From contig CM126234.1 of assembly GCA_052327205.1 (NCBI GenBank), positions 9,362,001-9,426,000 on the forward strand: 64,000 bases of DNA, read 5' to 3'. The notes under the pieces were generated by a model, which saw only the letters and a program-made list of their open reading frames with translations, had not been told where the DNA came from and searched no databases. Shown one piece after another: positions 51,143 to 63,490 of this stretch (position 1 is the stretch's first letter; each line of letters starts with the position of its first letter). The stretch is from Somniosus microcephalus (lineage: Eukaryota). Made by a program: the position numbers and the translations under genes.

Positions 51143-51401
51143 CTGAAATACAAAAGAAACACTGGGTTTCATATCAAACCAAGAAAACACTCCTGGCAAC
51201 AGTTAAATATTCTGATCTGACTAAAAAATAGTAAACATTGTTTCCACTAGTTTCTGTGCTGTTAGAGACCTACTTACCATGGTCTCAGTTAACTACTAAC
51301 TGGGTTTACTAGCAATTAGCATTGTTTTTTTCCAATAAGCAGAGGCATGATCAGGATCACAGCACCATGGGAGGTGGTTGTTGTTGGTGGTGGGTTTTTT
51401 T

Positions 51402-51440
<39 letters not shown>

Positions 51441-52944
51441 GGAAGAAAAGGAAGTGCAACTTCAATGTACCATCCTCCTGCAAAAAAAGTTGATCCCAAA
51501 TTGGGTATGTTTGCTGAACTCTGAAAATTAATCCTATTGCTCAAGAAAGGAAGGTCACAGGTCCAACACCACCTGGGATGAGTGTTTAGGACAGGGTCAG
51601 CACAGGACGGCTCCTGCCCCCCCGATGTCACTTCAGAAAAGGAGACGGTCACATTAATTTAAATATGGTCCTGGCCTATGCCGATCTCCCAGTAGGGGGT
51701 TCCCTCCTGGCAACACCCCCACCCTCCAGTTAAGAGACCCCAGTCGGCCTGTTCAGGTGGAAGTTCTATTTAAAAAGAGCACCTAAAACAAAAATCAACT
51801 GGTCATCTCACTTGCTGCTTGAAGGATCTTGCTATGTGTAAATTGGCTGCTGTGTTAGTCTACAAATTCAGTTCAAGCACACTCAAACTTACCCTGAATC
51901 TTGGGTAGTCATAAGCAATGTGACTATTAAATCACCATCGCCTCAATGTTGGCTGGTCGATGGAAAAGTAGCTTTCCAGATATTTTTGGGTGGGGAGATA
52001 GCAATTAATTTCCCCAAATACCAAACGTTTTGCACTGGCAATTATATATGGTGTATATTTGTAAAAAGGCAGCCCTAAAGCAGTGATATTATGTCATCTG
52101 CAAGCAGATCTAACATGCAGTTTGGTTATGTGGATTAGTAATAAACTAGATAGTATTGGCATAGGACAATACCATTTGAACATTGAAAAACTATTTGCAG
52201 TCTAGTTACTCAGACTACTGCTAACAAATTAGGACAGGCTACATAAATGGTAGAGTATTTTTACAGCAAAATTAATGCTTTGCACAAGACAAAAGCACAT
52301 TTAATATTGTAACTTCCTGATTTTAGAACTACTCTGACAGCAGAGTATCAAAGTTTGATGGAGGTATATCCATATCTGCAACACTTTGGCAATGTCCCAG
52401 CTCCAAAATGCTGCAATTTACCACACTGTTGTACAACAAATATAACTGCTAGTTACCACACTGTAACTAGACTGCAAGAATCATAAAAGCCCCCAGGGCA
52501 GATCAACGGTCTGTTAAATAGATCCCTTTTTAAAAGTGATGATAGGGAAGAAGAGGAGAAGGGAATTGGAGTATTTCACCTTTGAAAGCACTCCCACATG
52601 ATCCAATCACAAATTGCCCAGATTTTAACTAGCTCAGAAGCTTGCCAGAGACACTTCAGGTCTCCTGGCCAAATGACAGCCAGTCAATCTATCCATGTGA
52701 TCAAAGAGCAGAATCTTTGGGATGGAAATTGGTTATGGCCCTTAACCAGTGGCACGCAGACAGGCCTCCCACTTGGGGTGCATGCCGAGGCCAGCCCGAA
52801 ATTGGGCCTCATTTCAATCTAAGCTGCTGGCACATGAGTCTCCACAGGCTGCTCACTGATCAAACCAGGATTTTGCAGCTGAGGGAACTGAACAAGCATT
52901 AGGCCCCTTAACTAGCAGTTACATTTGTGGTGGTGTACAGATCA

Positions 52945-53100
52945 TTTATCTTGTGGGATCTTGCTGTGCACAAATTGGCACCCCCCCCCCCCCCCCCCCA
53001 TTACAACAGTGACTACACTTCAAATGCAATTCCCCCACTGAAGTGCTTTGGGACATCCTGAAGATGTGAAGTGAAAAGGTGCTATATAAATGCAAGTTTT
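52945..53100 (+). mobile_element. DeuSINE 3' fragment
   Basis: GGGATCTTGCTGTGCACAAATTGGC...GGTGCTATATAAATGCAAG. Confidence 0.7.
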
Positions 53101-53658
53101 TCAATACTTGAATGTTTTTATATTGTGCACCTCCCAAATTTCTATCCAACCCCCATTTTCCCTGTAGGGTTTGTGTAGTTGCCCTCCCCTTACTCCATTG
53201 AGTTACTGGACCATTTTGGGGACCTGGAGTAGATCAAAATCGCAGATTAGTCTGAACACAACAGACAATGTATGAAAATGAAGTGTAAATATTGGCAAAG
53301 ACAAGAGTCCTGAATGAGAGTTTAAAAATTACATCCCCCCACATGATCAAGAGGGTGGAGTTCAACTGGCAGCACACCCATTGAAGACATTACTAATAAT
53401 TTAATTAACCACAGAAGCCAGACTCCAGGCCCAAACTAAAATTGAAAGGGAGCAGAAACAGACCACAAGGCTACAACACAATTGCTAGGTCCTGGTCAGC
53501 ATGTGAAATAAACACTGAGTGCAGACTATCATTTTAAGAGGGAAGGGAATTAAATCAGAGTTAAAAAAAGGATGTGTAAAAGGCAGGGATATGGCTCAAA
53601 ATGGAATAACAAAAGCATTTACAAAAAATTGTTACAATATATTAAAAAAGCTCATTAC

Positions 53659-53818
53659 CGTCATGTCAATGAAGACTCTGGAGTTATTGGTGTCAAACTT
53701 CACTATAACCACTCGGATTCCATCATCGGTCACAACCACTGACCGAGGGAACAAGAAGAAGACAACCAGTCCAGATATGAACAGGCACAGGAATATGGAT
53801 AAGAAGACATACAATTTC
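53659..53818 (-). CDS. tmem106c: TMEM106C transmembrane exon, 160 bp
   Basis: ttcag|KLYVFLSIFLCLFISGLVVFFLFPRSVVVTDDGIRVVIVKFDTNNSRVFIDMT|gtaatg. The DDGI.VV.V.F and QYMNTV motifs and the col2a1 synteny favour C over A or B. Confidence 0.93.
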
Positions 53819-54512
53819 CTGAAATGCAAGAGACAAAACTGGGTTCATACAAGAAAGTTAAACGTTTCCTTTAAATAGCACCCCCTTCAAAATGAGTTCA
53901 AGTCCCAGAATGGAGATTTAAATCCACTTTCTTCAGCATTAGCTACAAGCACAAGTTTAGCACCACTGGTCAGCTACATAGGTGATTACATCAGTTTTTG
54001 GATAGAGTGGGATAATAGGCATGATACGCTGAAGGCAAATTCTATTTACTGAACCTGGAAGATGCAATTTAAACTAGCCACCTTCCTGCAGCATCCAAGT
54101 TACTTTATTCTTTTAAATGAGGTAAACCATCATCTAAAAAGGTACTCGGTTTATTGCATTCATGGGCACAAGTCAGGAGAACTACCTTGGAGGACCAGGA
54201 TCACTACCCACCAGGCACCACTTAAACCATGCTTAAATTCCAGACAACAAACCTCAGACCACTGGCCAGACTTGGACAACTATCAGAACAGCCTCATACA
54301 AATGAAAGTTTCAAATTTAAATGTGTCCCAGCCTCTGATCAACCGTCAAGAGCACAAATCCATCTTATTAGCTACTCCTCATTCACCAAAGTGTCCCACT
54401 ATTTCAGGATCATCCTTAAGGAAGAACCACCTCTGCCAAATCCTTTCCTTACCAACACCAGTGAGGAACTTAGACATTGATCTCCAAGCAGCTGCTTCAG
54501 TTACCACCACCA

Positions 54513-54516
<4 letters not shown>

Positions 54517-54549
<33 letters not shown>

Positions 54550-55065
54550 ACTCTCTCTCAATAATACAATACAAATCGCTTTATTGGCATGATAAGGTAC
54601 ATCTTATGTTGCCAAAGCATCAAAATACATTTATGGTTGAACACATAAACGCAGTTCCATTCATAGTGTATAAACAGGTATATCCCGGAGTTTATAAATA
54701 TACATTCGCCTTGTTTATATATACTCTTGTCTTAGTTTACTGGTTGTCCCTCTGTTCATGGCAAGCTGTAACAGTGTGCCGCCAGTGTTACACAGCTTCT
54801 CTCCTCCCCCAGTAGGAATGGGAGTTTTTGGTTGTCAGTCAGATTTCTGAATTCAGGGCATATTTGTGAGAATTTTTGGTAGAAATTCTCTGATGCCCTG
54901 ATATTTTCCACAGGCTGTGAGGAAGTGCATCTCTGTCTCAACTACTCCCTGACTGCGGTGAGAGCATATCCTGTCTTCTCTTGGCAGCCTGGTCTGCCTT
55001 TTTCGATCGCTAGGCTATGTTCGCTAAGTCTGTACCTTGTCAAGGTTCTTCTCAGTTTGTTATCC
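54517..55065 (-). mobile_element. 3' end of an RTEX-like LINE terminating in (GA)n, truncated by the gap
   Basis: LRRTLTRYRLSEHSLAIEKGR...VETEMHFLTAC...LPFLLGE, with tail CATGCCAATAAAGCGATTTGTATTGTATTATTGAGAGAG. Confidence 0.7.
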
Positions 55066-55565
55066 NNNNNNNNNNNNNNNNNNNNNNNNNNNNNNNNNNN
55101 NNNNNNNNNNNNNNNNNNNNNNNNNNNNNNNNNNNNNNNNNNNNNNNNNNNNNNNNNNNNNNNNNNNNNNNNNNNNNNNNNNNNNNNNNNNNNNNNNNNN
55201 NNNNNNNNNNNNNNNNNNNNNNNNNNNNNNNNNNNNNNNNNNNNNNNNNNNNNNNNNNNNNNNNNNNNNNNNNNNNNNNNNNNNNNNNNNNNNNNNNNNN
55301 NNNNNNNNNNNNNNNNNNNNNNNNNNNNNNNNNNNNNNNNNNNNNNNNNNNNNNNNNNNNNNNNNNNNNNNNNNNNNNNNNNNNNNNNNNNNNNNNNNNN
55401 NNNNNNNNNNNNNNNNNNNNNNNNNNNNNNNNNNNNNNNNNNNNNNNNNNNNNNNNNNNNNNNNNNNNNNNNNNNNNNNNNNNNNNNNNNNNNNNNNNNN
55501 NNNNNNNNNNNNNNNNNNNNNNNNNNNNNNNNNNNNNNNNNNNNNNNNNNNNNNNNNNNNNNNNN
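55066..55565. other. Assembly gap, 500 N
   Basis: Run of N. Confidence 1.
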
Positions 55566-57506
55566 GGAAGAGAGAAAGAGTGTAGTTGGGGGGGGGAGGG
55601 GAAAGCAGAGAAAGAGTGTAGTTGGGGGGGGGAGGAAAGAGAGAAAGAGTGTAGTTCGGGGGGGAGGAAAGAGAGAAAGAGTGTAGTTCGGGGGGGAGGA
55701 AAGAGAGAAAGAGTGTAGTTGGGGGGGGGGAGGAAAGAGAGAAAGAGTGTAGTTGGGGGGGGGAGGAAAGAGAGAAAGTGTAGTTGGGGGGGGGGAGGAA
55801 AGAGAGAAAGAGTGTAGTTGGGGGGGGAGGGGAAAGAGAGAAAGAGTGTAGTTGGGGGGGGGGGGAGGAAGAGAGAAAGAGTGTAGTTGGGGGGGGGAAA
55901 GAGAGAAAGAGTGTAGTTGGGGGGGGGAGGAAAGAGAGAAAGAGTGTAGTTGGGGGGGGGGTGGAGGAAAGAGAGTAGTTGGGGGGGGGAGGAGGAGGAA
56001 AGAGAGAAAGAGTGTAGTTGGGGGGGGGGGAGGAAGAGAGAAAGAGTGTAGTTGGGGGGGGGAGGAAAGAGTGTAGTTGGGGGGCGGTGGAGGAAAGAGA
56101 GAAAGAGTGTAGTTGGGGGGGGGGGAGGGGAAAGAGAGAAAGAGTGTAGTTGGGGGGGAGGGGAAAGAGAGAAGAGTGTAGTTGGGGGGGGGGAAAGAGA
56201 GAAAGAGTGTAGTTGGGGGGGGGGGAAAGAGAGAAAGAGTGTAGTTGGGGGGGGGGAAGAGAGAAAGAGTGTAGTTGGGGGGGGAAAGAGAGAAAGAGTG
56301 TAGTTGGGGGGGGAAAGAGAGAAAGAGTGTAGTTGGGGGGGGGGAAAGAGAGAAAGAGTGTAGTTGGGGGGGGAAAGAGAGAAAGAGTGTAGTTGGGGGG
56401 GGGAAGAGAGAAAGAGTGTAGTTGGGGGGAGGAAAGAGAGAAAGAGTGTAGTTGGGGGGGGGGGGAGGGGAAAGAGAGAAAGAGTGTAGTTGGGGGGGGG
56501 GGGAAAGAGAGAAAGAGTGTAGTTGGGGGGGGGGGGAGAAGAGAAAGAGTGTAGTTCGGGGGGGGGAGGAAAGAGAGAAAGAGTGTAGTTGGGGGGGGGG
56601 GGGGAGGAAAGAGAGAAAGAGTGTAGTTCGGGGGGGGAGGAAAGAGAGAAAGAGTGTAGTTGGGGGGGGGGGGAGGAAAGAGAGAAAGAGTGTAGTTGGG
56701 GGGGGGGAGGGGAAAGAGAGAAAGAGTGTAGTTGGGGGGGGGGGGGAGGAAAGAGAGAAAGAGTGTAGTTGGGGGGGGGGAGGGGAAAGAGAGAAAGAGT
56801 GTAGTTGGGGGGGGGGGAGGAAAGAGAGAAAGAGTGTAGTTGGGGGGGAGGGAGGGGAAAGAGAGAAAGAGTGTAGTTGGGGGGGGGGTGGAGGAAAGAG
56901 AGAAAGAGTGTAGTTGGGGGCGGTGGGTGGAGGAAAGAGAGAAAGAGTGTAGTTGGGGGGGGGGGAGGAAAGAGAGAAAGAGTGTAGTTGGGGGGGGGAG
57001 GAAAGAGAGAAAGAGTGTAGTTCGGGGGGGGAGGAAAGAGAGAAAGAGTGTAGTTCGGGGGGGAGAAAGAGAGAAAGAGTGTAGTTCGGGGGGGGAGAAG
57101 AGAGAAAGAGTGTAGTTGGGGGGGGAGGAAAGAGAGAAAGAGTGTAGTTGGGGGGGGGGGGAGGAAAGAGAGAAAGAGTGTAGTTGGGGGGGGGGGGGGA
57201 AGAGAGAAAGAGTGTAGTTGGGGGGGGGGGAGGAAAGAGAGAAAGAGTGTAGTTGGGGGGGGGGGTGGAGGAAAGAGAGAAAGAGTGTAGTTGGGGGGGG
57301 AGGAGGAAAGAGAGAAAGAGTGTAGTTGGGGGGGGGGGGGAGGAAAGAGAGAAAGAGTGTAGTTGGGGGCGGTGGAGGAAAGAGAGAAAGAGTGTAGTTG
57401 GGGGGGGGGGGGGGGAGGAAAGAGAGAAAGAGTGTAGTTGGGGGGGGGGGGGGGAGGAAAGAGAGAAAGAGTGTAGTTGGGAGGGGGGGGGGGGGGGGGG
57501 GGGGGA
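55566..57506. repeat. Purine-rich minisatellite, ~30-36 bp unit GAAAGAGAGAAAGAGTGTAGTT(G)n
   Basis: Roughly 60 units with variable G-run length. Confidence 0.97.
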
Positions 57507-58609
57507 AGTGATTTTACATCTGTACATTTTGCCTTGAACTGAAATAGCAGTGTGTCTTGGATAGTTTATCCAACTCCAGCTTATAGAACTGCTCCACATG
57601 GTTAACTGGGGTCTCAAATATTTCAGATGAAAGCACAAGCAACAGTCCACAGGACTTAAACTGGGTTACCATGGCCCAACTTAAACAGTTGCTATTTTCC
57701 ATTACTTAGACCTACTTAATATTGAGCACATCAAGGCTGCAACTTTACTTCAGGGTTTCTGGATGTTATGCACACAGGAGGGGGGGGGGGGGGGGGGGGT
57801 GGTGGTGGGAAAGAGGAGATCCAAATTCATAAGAGCTTGGACAACATGTAGAACGAGCTGAAATGTAGCAGCTTAAGACCAGCTGTGTTATGGAAAGTTG
57901 GCAAAAGAAATCTAAGTATTGGATTGGGATTCCTCAGTCCAGTGCTGCAGCTGCCAATCCATGAGATTTAATGCTGCATACTTCCTTTAGATGCCAAAGC
58001 AATTAAAGGAGCACAACACAAATGCACTGTACCTTAAATATCTTTAAAACCACTGACACCAAGTTGGCTGGGACCAAAAATAAACACATCAAGATTAGAG
58101 GATGGCCATTGGCCCAGACAGACATTGACAGATCCAGAAAGTCCCCCACTGCAGAATCAAGTCAATTCTTGAAGGATTCCAGGGTTTTTGCCTCCACTTC
58201 AGTCTATTGCATTTATTGATCATTGAAGAACTTTCCAATCAGTCTTACTTGCATTTTACTAGTTTGAACCCAAGTCAAAGTTATTATTTTACAAAGCCAC
58301 TGGTCTTAAAAGCAATTTGCCATTGTTTACACTTAGGACATCAAAACCTCTACTCACTCAAATGATAGAATCGATAACAGATTTTTTTTTCTTAAAGTGG
58401 AGATGCCTGCAGTGTCAGTTTTTTTTTAAACTGTATAATACAAGAAACTTCAACAGGAGCAGTCATGCAATGAAAGAGATTAATAGAATGTTAATACAAA
58501 GCGGATATTTTACACAATTCTGGCCACACATATTGGAACCAGAGAAGTTTAAAGCACAGACTAATTCAGGCTCATTATTCCTCACTGTCCTCTTGTTGGT
58601 TCAAAAACC

Positions 58610-60690
58610 ATTCCGAATCATGGCACAGCACAGCAGGTTGTTCAGCAGAGTCTGCATTGGCTCTTTCAGAGCAATCCAGTTAGTCCCGCACCCTGCTCCC
58701 CATGTCACTAAAAAAGTTCCAAGTATTTAGCCAATTGCCTTTTGAAGGCTGCAGTACTATGGAGTCTGCCTCCACCACCCTATCAGGCAGTACATTCCAA
58801 ATCCTAACCACTCGTGTAAAAAAGGTCTCATGTCACCTCTGAACAATCACCTTAAAATCTGTGCCTTCTGGTTATTGACCCTTCAGCCATTGGAACAATT
58901 TCTCGATTTACTCACATTTTAAACCCTTCCATCAAACCTGCTCTTTGCCTTCGCTGCTCAAAGGAGAATCTCTGGTCTATCTGCATAATGTATCCCTCAT
59001 CCCTGGAGCCATGCGAGTAAATCTCAGTTCCCTCGCCAAAGCCTTCACGTCCTTCCTAAAGTGCGGTGCCTAGAATTGGACACAATACTCCAGCTGGGGC
59101 TGAACCAGTGTTTGAGGTTTAGCATAACTTCCTGGCTTCTGTACTCTGCCTCCATTTATAAGGCCCAGGATCTCATATGCTTTATTAACTTGTCCTGCCA
59201 CTTTCAAAAGATTTGTGCACAAACACCCCCAGGTCTCTCCGTATGTGCACCCTCTTCAAAATTGTACCATTTAGTGTCGCTCCCCATTCTTCCTATCAAA
59301 ATGGATCATCTCATTTGTCAGTGTCAAATTTCACCTGCCATGTGTCTGCCCATTCCACCAGCCTGTCTAGATCCTCTGGAAATCAATCACCATCCTCCTC
59401 ACTTAACACTGCCAAGTTTGGTCTCATCTACAAATTTTGAAATTGTGCCCTGTACTCACCAAGTCATTAATATGAATTAAAAAAGCAGTGATCCTCATAC
59501 TGAACCCTGGGAAACACCACTGTACACCTCCCACCAATCTGAAAAACAGCCAATCATAAGTTTTCAATCCATGCTGCTACCACCCCTTTTATCCCATGGG
59601 CTTCAATTTTGCCAACAAACCTATTGTGGTACTTTATCAAAAGGCATTTGATAGTCCATATACACATCAACCCCGTTACCTCAAACCCAAATCAAGTTAA
59701 TAAAACTCATTGTTCCAGAAAACTGTCCCGAATACACTCGAGAAATTCACTGCCTTCGTGGCTCGAGCTGTTCTGCTTCTCCCAGTCTGTGAAAGTTAAA
59801 GTCTCCCATTATAACCACTCTGCTTTTGCAACAAGCTTCAGACTTCCAGGTTTATGCATCCCACTACTTTATCACTGCTAGCAGGAGGTCAGTAGACAAC
59901 TCCCAAAATCTTCCATCCATTTCTAACCAGTTTCGACAGCCTGCTGACCCTTACTGATATCCCTCCTTCTAATGCTGCAAGTGTCCTCATCAATACTGTG
60001 ACTTCTCAAATTTCCCTGTCGTCTTATAACCTGGAATATTTATCTCCCAGTCAGGCCCAGTTTGTAGCCAGGTCTCTGCGATAGCCACCACGTCAGACCC
60101 TTTAAGTTGAGTTTGCACTTCCAATTCACCGATTTATTCCTTATGCTACATGCATTCGTGTATGGTACTTGAATTGGGCAACAGACCCCACCTTATCCTA
60201 CTGCTGTTTTCTTCACATTTTAAACTTTACACTTAATTACTCCTGTTGTATGTTTGTTGCAATGATTTTTTTGGAACTGATGGATCTGGACTTCCCCCTC
60301 ACTTCAGGTTTTTAAAAAAAAATTTCTGCTCGAGCCCCTCCCTCCTTTTTAATTGGTTTAAAGCCCTTTATCCTTTCAGCTAGGACCTGATCCCATCCCA
60401 GCTGTACAGCTCCTTCCAGTCACAGTACTGGTGCTAGTGCCCCATGAAATGAACCCCTCCTTCCTACACCAAACCTTCAGCCATGTGTTTACTTCCTTAA
60501 TCTGCTTGACCCCATGCCAATTTGCACATAGTTTGGGTAATAATCCCTCAAGGTTACACTTTTAATTTTGCTCCAGATATTCCCCAGCAGGATCCCCTCC
60601 TTGCCTTGTCCCAAGTAGTTTGCCCAGACATGGACCACTACAACTGGATCTGCCCCCTCCCTTTGTAGGTTCCTTCCCAGCCACAGATAT
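58610..60690 (-). mobile_element. Heavily decayed and internally deleted CR1 LINE
   Basis: ORF1 remnant ADPVVVVHV (~60630), RT remnants (GVSQGSV, FVDETKLG, PQLEYCVQF) and a 3' tail near 58620-58680. Confidence 0.7.
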
Positions 60691-61499
60691 CCAGAACAGA
60701 TTGAGAAGGACAAGGAGGATAACAAACCAGTCACAAATTGTGACTGACTAGGGTCAGTTCAGTTCTGTGATAAGGCAGAAGCTAGCATAGGGGGATTCAA
60801 ATGGAATAGAGATGAGAATGGAAAAGCTGTAATATTCAAGGTCCAGAGTGGAAAGGGAAGCAGTTGTAGAGGATGGTCAAGTCAAGGAGATGCAAGCAGT
60901 ACTTGAGGAAAAACAGCCATTAATGATAAGCAGTTTGCACTGGGGCCAGGAAAGGGAGTGCAGTAGTCAGAATGAATGAGGGTCAAACAAACAAAGAAAC
61001 GAGAGCAAAACACACATCTAACATGAAATGACAGGGGGCAGGCACACATGCAAGGAAGTAGAGCAAGAAACTGCAAACATACAAGAGATCCTGGGTTAGA
61101 GCAAATGGGGAGAAACAGCAGAGGAAACTGCTGTGGTCTTTTATCTTGCAGATGAAGAAATCCAAGAACAAGCACCTCACATTTGGTAGGTGAGGGGAGG
61201 CGGGAGAGGGATTTTGGGAGGCAGCTGCAGTCGATCGTGGGAAGAGAAGCTGGAACACGACAGCAGTGCATGCAGTCAAGCCAAATCTGGTAATTAAACG
61301 ACTAGGTCAGTTATGTACTATGTATAGCCTAGGGTGGTTTACCTACAAAATATAATAAAGCAAAATAGTTTCCCCCCCCAAACCATTTAGTTGCCAGTTT
61401 GAGGAACATGTGGTTTGTGCACTCCAACCACCAACTTCTGCTCTACATGGCCTCACTGAACCTTTATTTATATAGCAAAGTGCCTGGCAGTTTCTCGTC

Positions 61500-62310
61500 A
61501 GAGTCATACAGCACGGATAGAGGCCCATCGTGTCCGTGCCGGCCATCAAGCCCGGTCTAATCTAATCCCATATTCCAGCATTTGGTCCGTAGCCTTGTAT
61601 GTTATGGCATTTCAAGTGCTCATCCAAATGCTTCTTAAATGTTGTGAGGGTTCCTGCCTCCACAACCCTTTCAGGCAGCGAGTTCCAGACTCCAACCACC
61701 CTCTGGGTGAAAAAGTTCTCAAATCCCCTCTAAAACCTCCTGCCCTTTACCTGGAATCTATGCCCCCTAGTTATTGACCCTTCTACTAAGGGAAAAAGCT
61801 CCTCAGCATCCATCCTATCTATGCCCCTCATAATTTTGTACACCTCAATCATGTCCCCCCTCAGCTCCAAGGAAAACAAACCCAATCTGCCCAGTCTTTC
61901 TATAGCTGAAGCGCTCCAGCCCTGGTAACATCCTGGTGAACCTCCTCTGCACCCTTTCCAACGCTATCACATCCTTCCTGTAGTGTGGCGACCAGAACTG
62001 CACACAGTATTCCAGCTGTGGCCTAACCAGTGTTTTATACAGCTCCATCATAACCTCCTTGCTCTTATATTCTATGCCTCAGCTAATGAAGGCAAGTATC
62101 CCATATGCCTTTTTTACCACCTTATCCACCTGTTCCACCGCCTTCAGGGATCTGTGTACTTGCACACCCAGATCCCTCTGACCCTCCGTCTTGCCTAGGG
62201 TCTTACCATTCATTGTGTATTCCCTTGCCTTGTTAGTCCCCCCCCCAAAGTGCATCACCTCGCACTGTTCCGGGTTAAATTCCATTTGCCACTGTTCCGC
62301 CCATCTGACC
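61500..62310 (-). mobile_element. CR1/HER1-like LINE 3' fragment
   Basis: WAEQWQMEFNPEQCEVMHFG and LYKTLVRPQLEYCVQFWSPHYRKD, with tail CCGTGCTGTATGACTCT. Confidence 0.88.
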
Positions 62311-62454
62311 CAAAGCACTTTACAGCCAATGAATTACTTTGAAGTGCATTGCACAAGTCAATTTGCACACAGGGTCTCCAACAGCAAGTGGAAATGAAGG
62401 ACAAAGTTTACAGGGTAGAATTTCTGCTGGGGTTCCCAAATCCACTATAATTTC

Positions 62455-62776
62455 TGTAGAAATCACAGAAGGAATCACAGAAACCCCACAGTGCATATAG
62501 AGGCCATTTCGGCCCATCGAGCCTGCACCGACACATATCCCACCCGATCCCCGTAACCCCACGTATTTTAATCCCCCTAACACTAAGGGTCAATTTATCA
62601 CAGCCAATCAACCTAACCCGCACATCTTTGGACTGTGGGAGGAAACCGGAGCACCCGGAGGAAACCCACGCAAACACGGGGAGAATGTGCAAACTCCACA
62701 GTCACCCGAGGCCGGATTCGAACCCAGGTCCCTGGCGCTGCGAGGCAACAGTGCTAACCACTATGCCACCGTGCTG
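62455..62776 (-). mobile_element. HE1-type V-SINE, young full-length copy
   Basis: tRNA head GCACGGTGGCATAGTGGTTAGCAC...GGTTCGAATCC, V-domain GTGGAGTTTGCACATTCTCCCCGTG...GTGCTCCGGTTTCCTCCCACAGTCCAAAGA and a CR1-like tail. Confidence 0.9.
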
Positions 62777-62809
62777 GTAAACAGCTGCTCACCAACAATG
62801 AAACACAAT

Positions 62810-63490
62810 GGCCCAGAAATTCGGGTCGGGGGGTCTTCCTGCGGGTGCAAGCCCCTGACCTGCACTTACCTTGCGCGCCGGCCACCGATCCTCGGCCTCC
62901 TCCAACTGCCGGCGCGCAGTGCTTGCGTATCCCAGGGGCGCAGTTAGTTCGATGCGTCCTCTGCGATCACGTGGGCCATGGGGAGCCAGTGGTAGCAGGG
63001 AATGCTTCATAAGTTTGACAGGAAGACCTGTCAAACCTATAAATACTAAGCCTAAAAACATCACAATCTTCAAATAAATGTTTTTAAAAATCACATTAAA
63101 AAAAGTTTAAATTTTTGAAAAATAATTTTTTAAAAATGGGATAAAAATAAACTTACCTTTCTTTAAAGTATTTAAAAATAATAAACTTGTGGAAAAAATG
63201 TTTTAATTAATTCACCACTGACTTTGTAAAAAGCAGGCCTTGCGACTGCTTTTTACATGTCTAACTTCTGGAGACTTACCTTCCCAGGAAAACCTGCAAA
63301 AGAAACGAAAGTTCGATGCGCACGCGCTGCCTCTCCTGCGCACGCGTTCGACCTCTGAACCCCTTTTCAGGGGAACGGAAGTGCCGGTTTCCCGCACTGG
63401 TGCGGTGCATGCAGGAAACCGGCACTTCCATTGGGCCTACAGGCGAGTACCCAGTGTGTACTCACCCGTGGAGGCCCGAAGTTCTGGGCC
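62810..63490. mobile_element. Non-autonomous PIF/Harbinger-type MITE, 681 bp
   Basis: 16-bp TIRs GGCCCAGAAATTCGGG and CCCGAAGTTCTGGGCC (one mismatch), 3-bp TSD AAT on both sides, CpG-rich arms and an AT-rich centre. Confidence 0.8.

Noticed and set aside
54925-57650. 902-aa Pro-rich extensin-like ORF and Gly/Arg-rich ORFs
   Set aside because: Read-through of the N gap and the G-rich minisatellite.
41312-57799. Isolated long poly-G runs (near 41312, 42862, 43186, 51404 and 57780)
   Set aside because: Simple homopolymers whose lengths are unreliable in assemblies. The poly-Gly and poly-Pro ORFs over them are artefacts.
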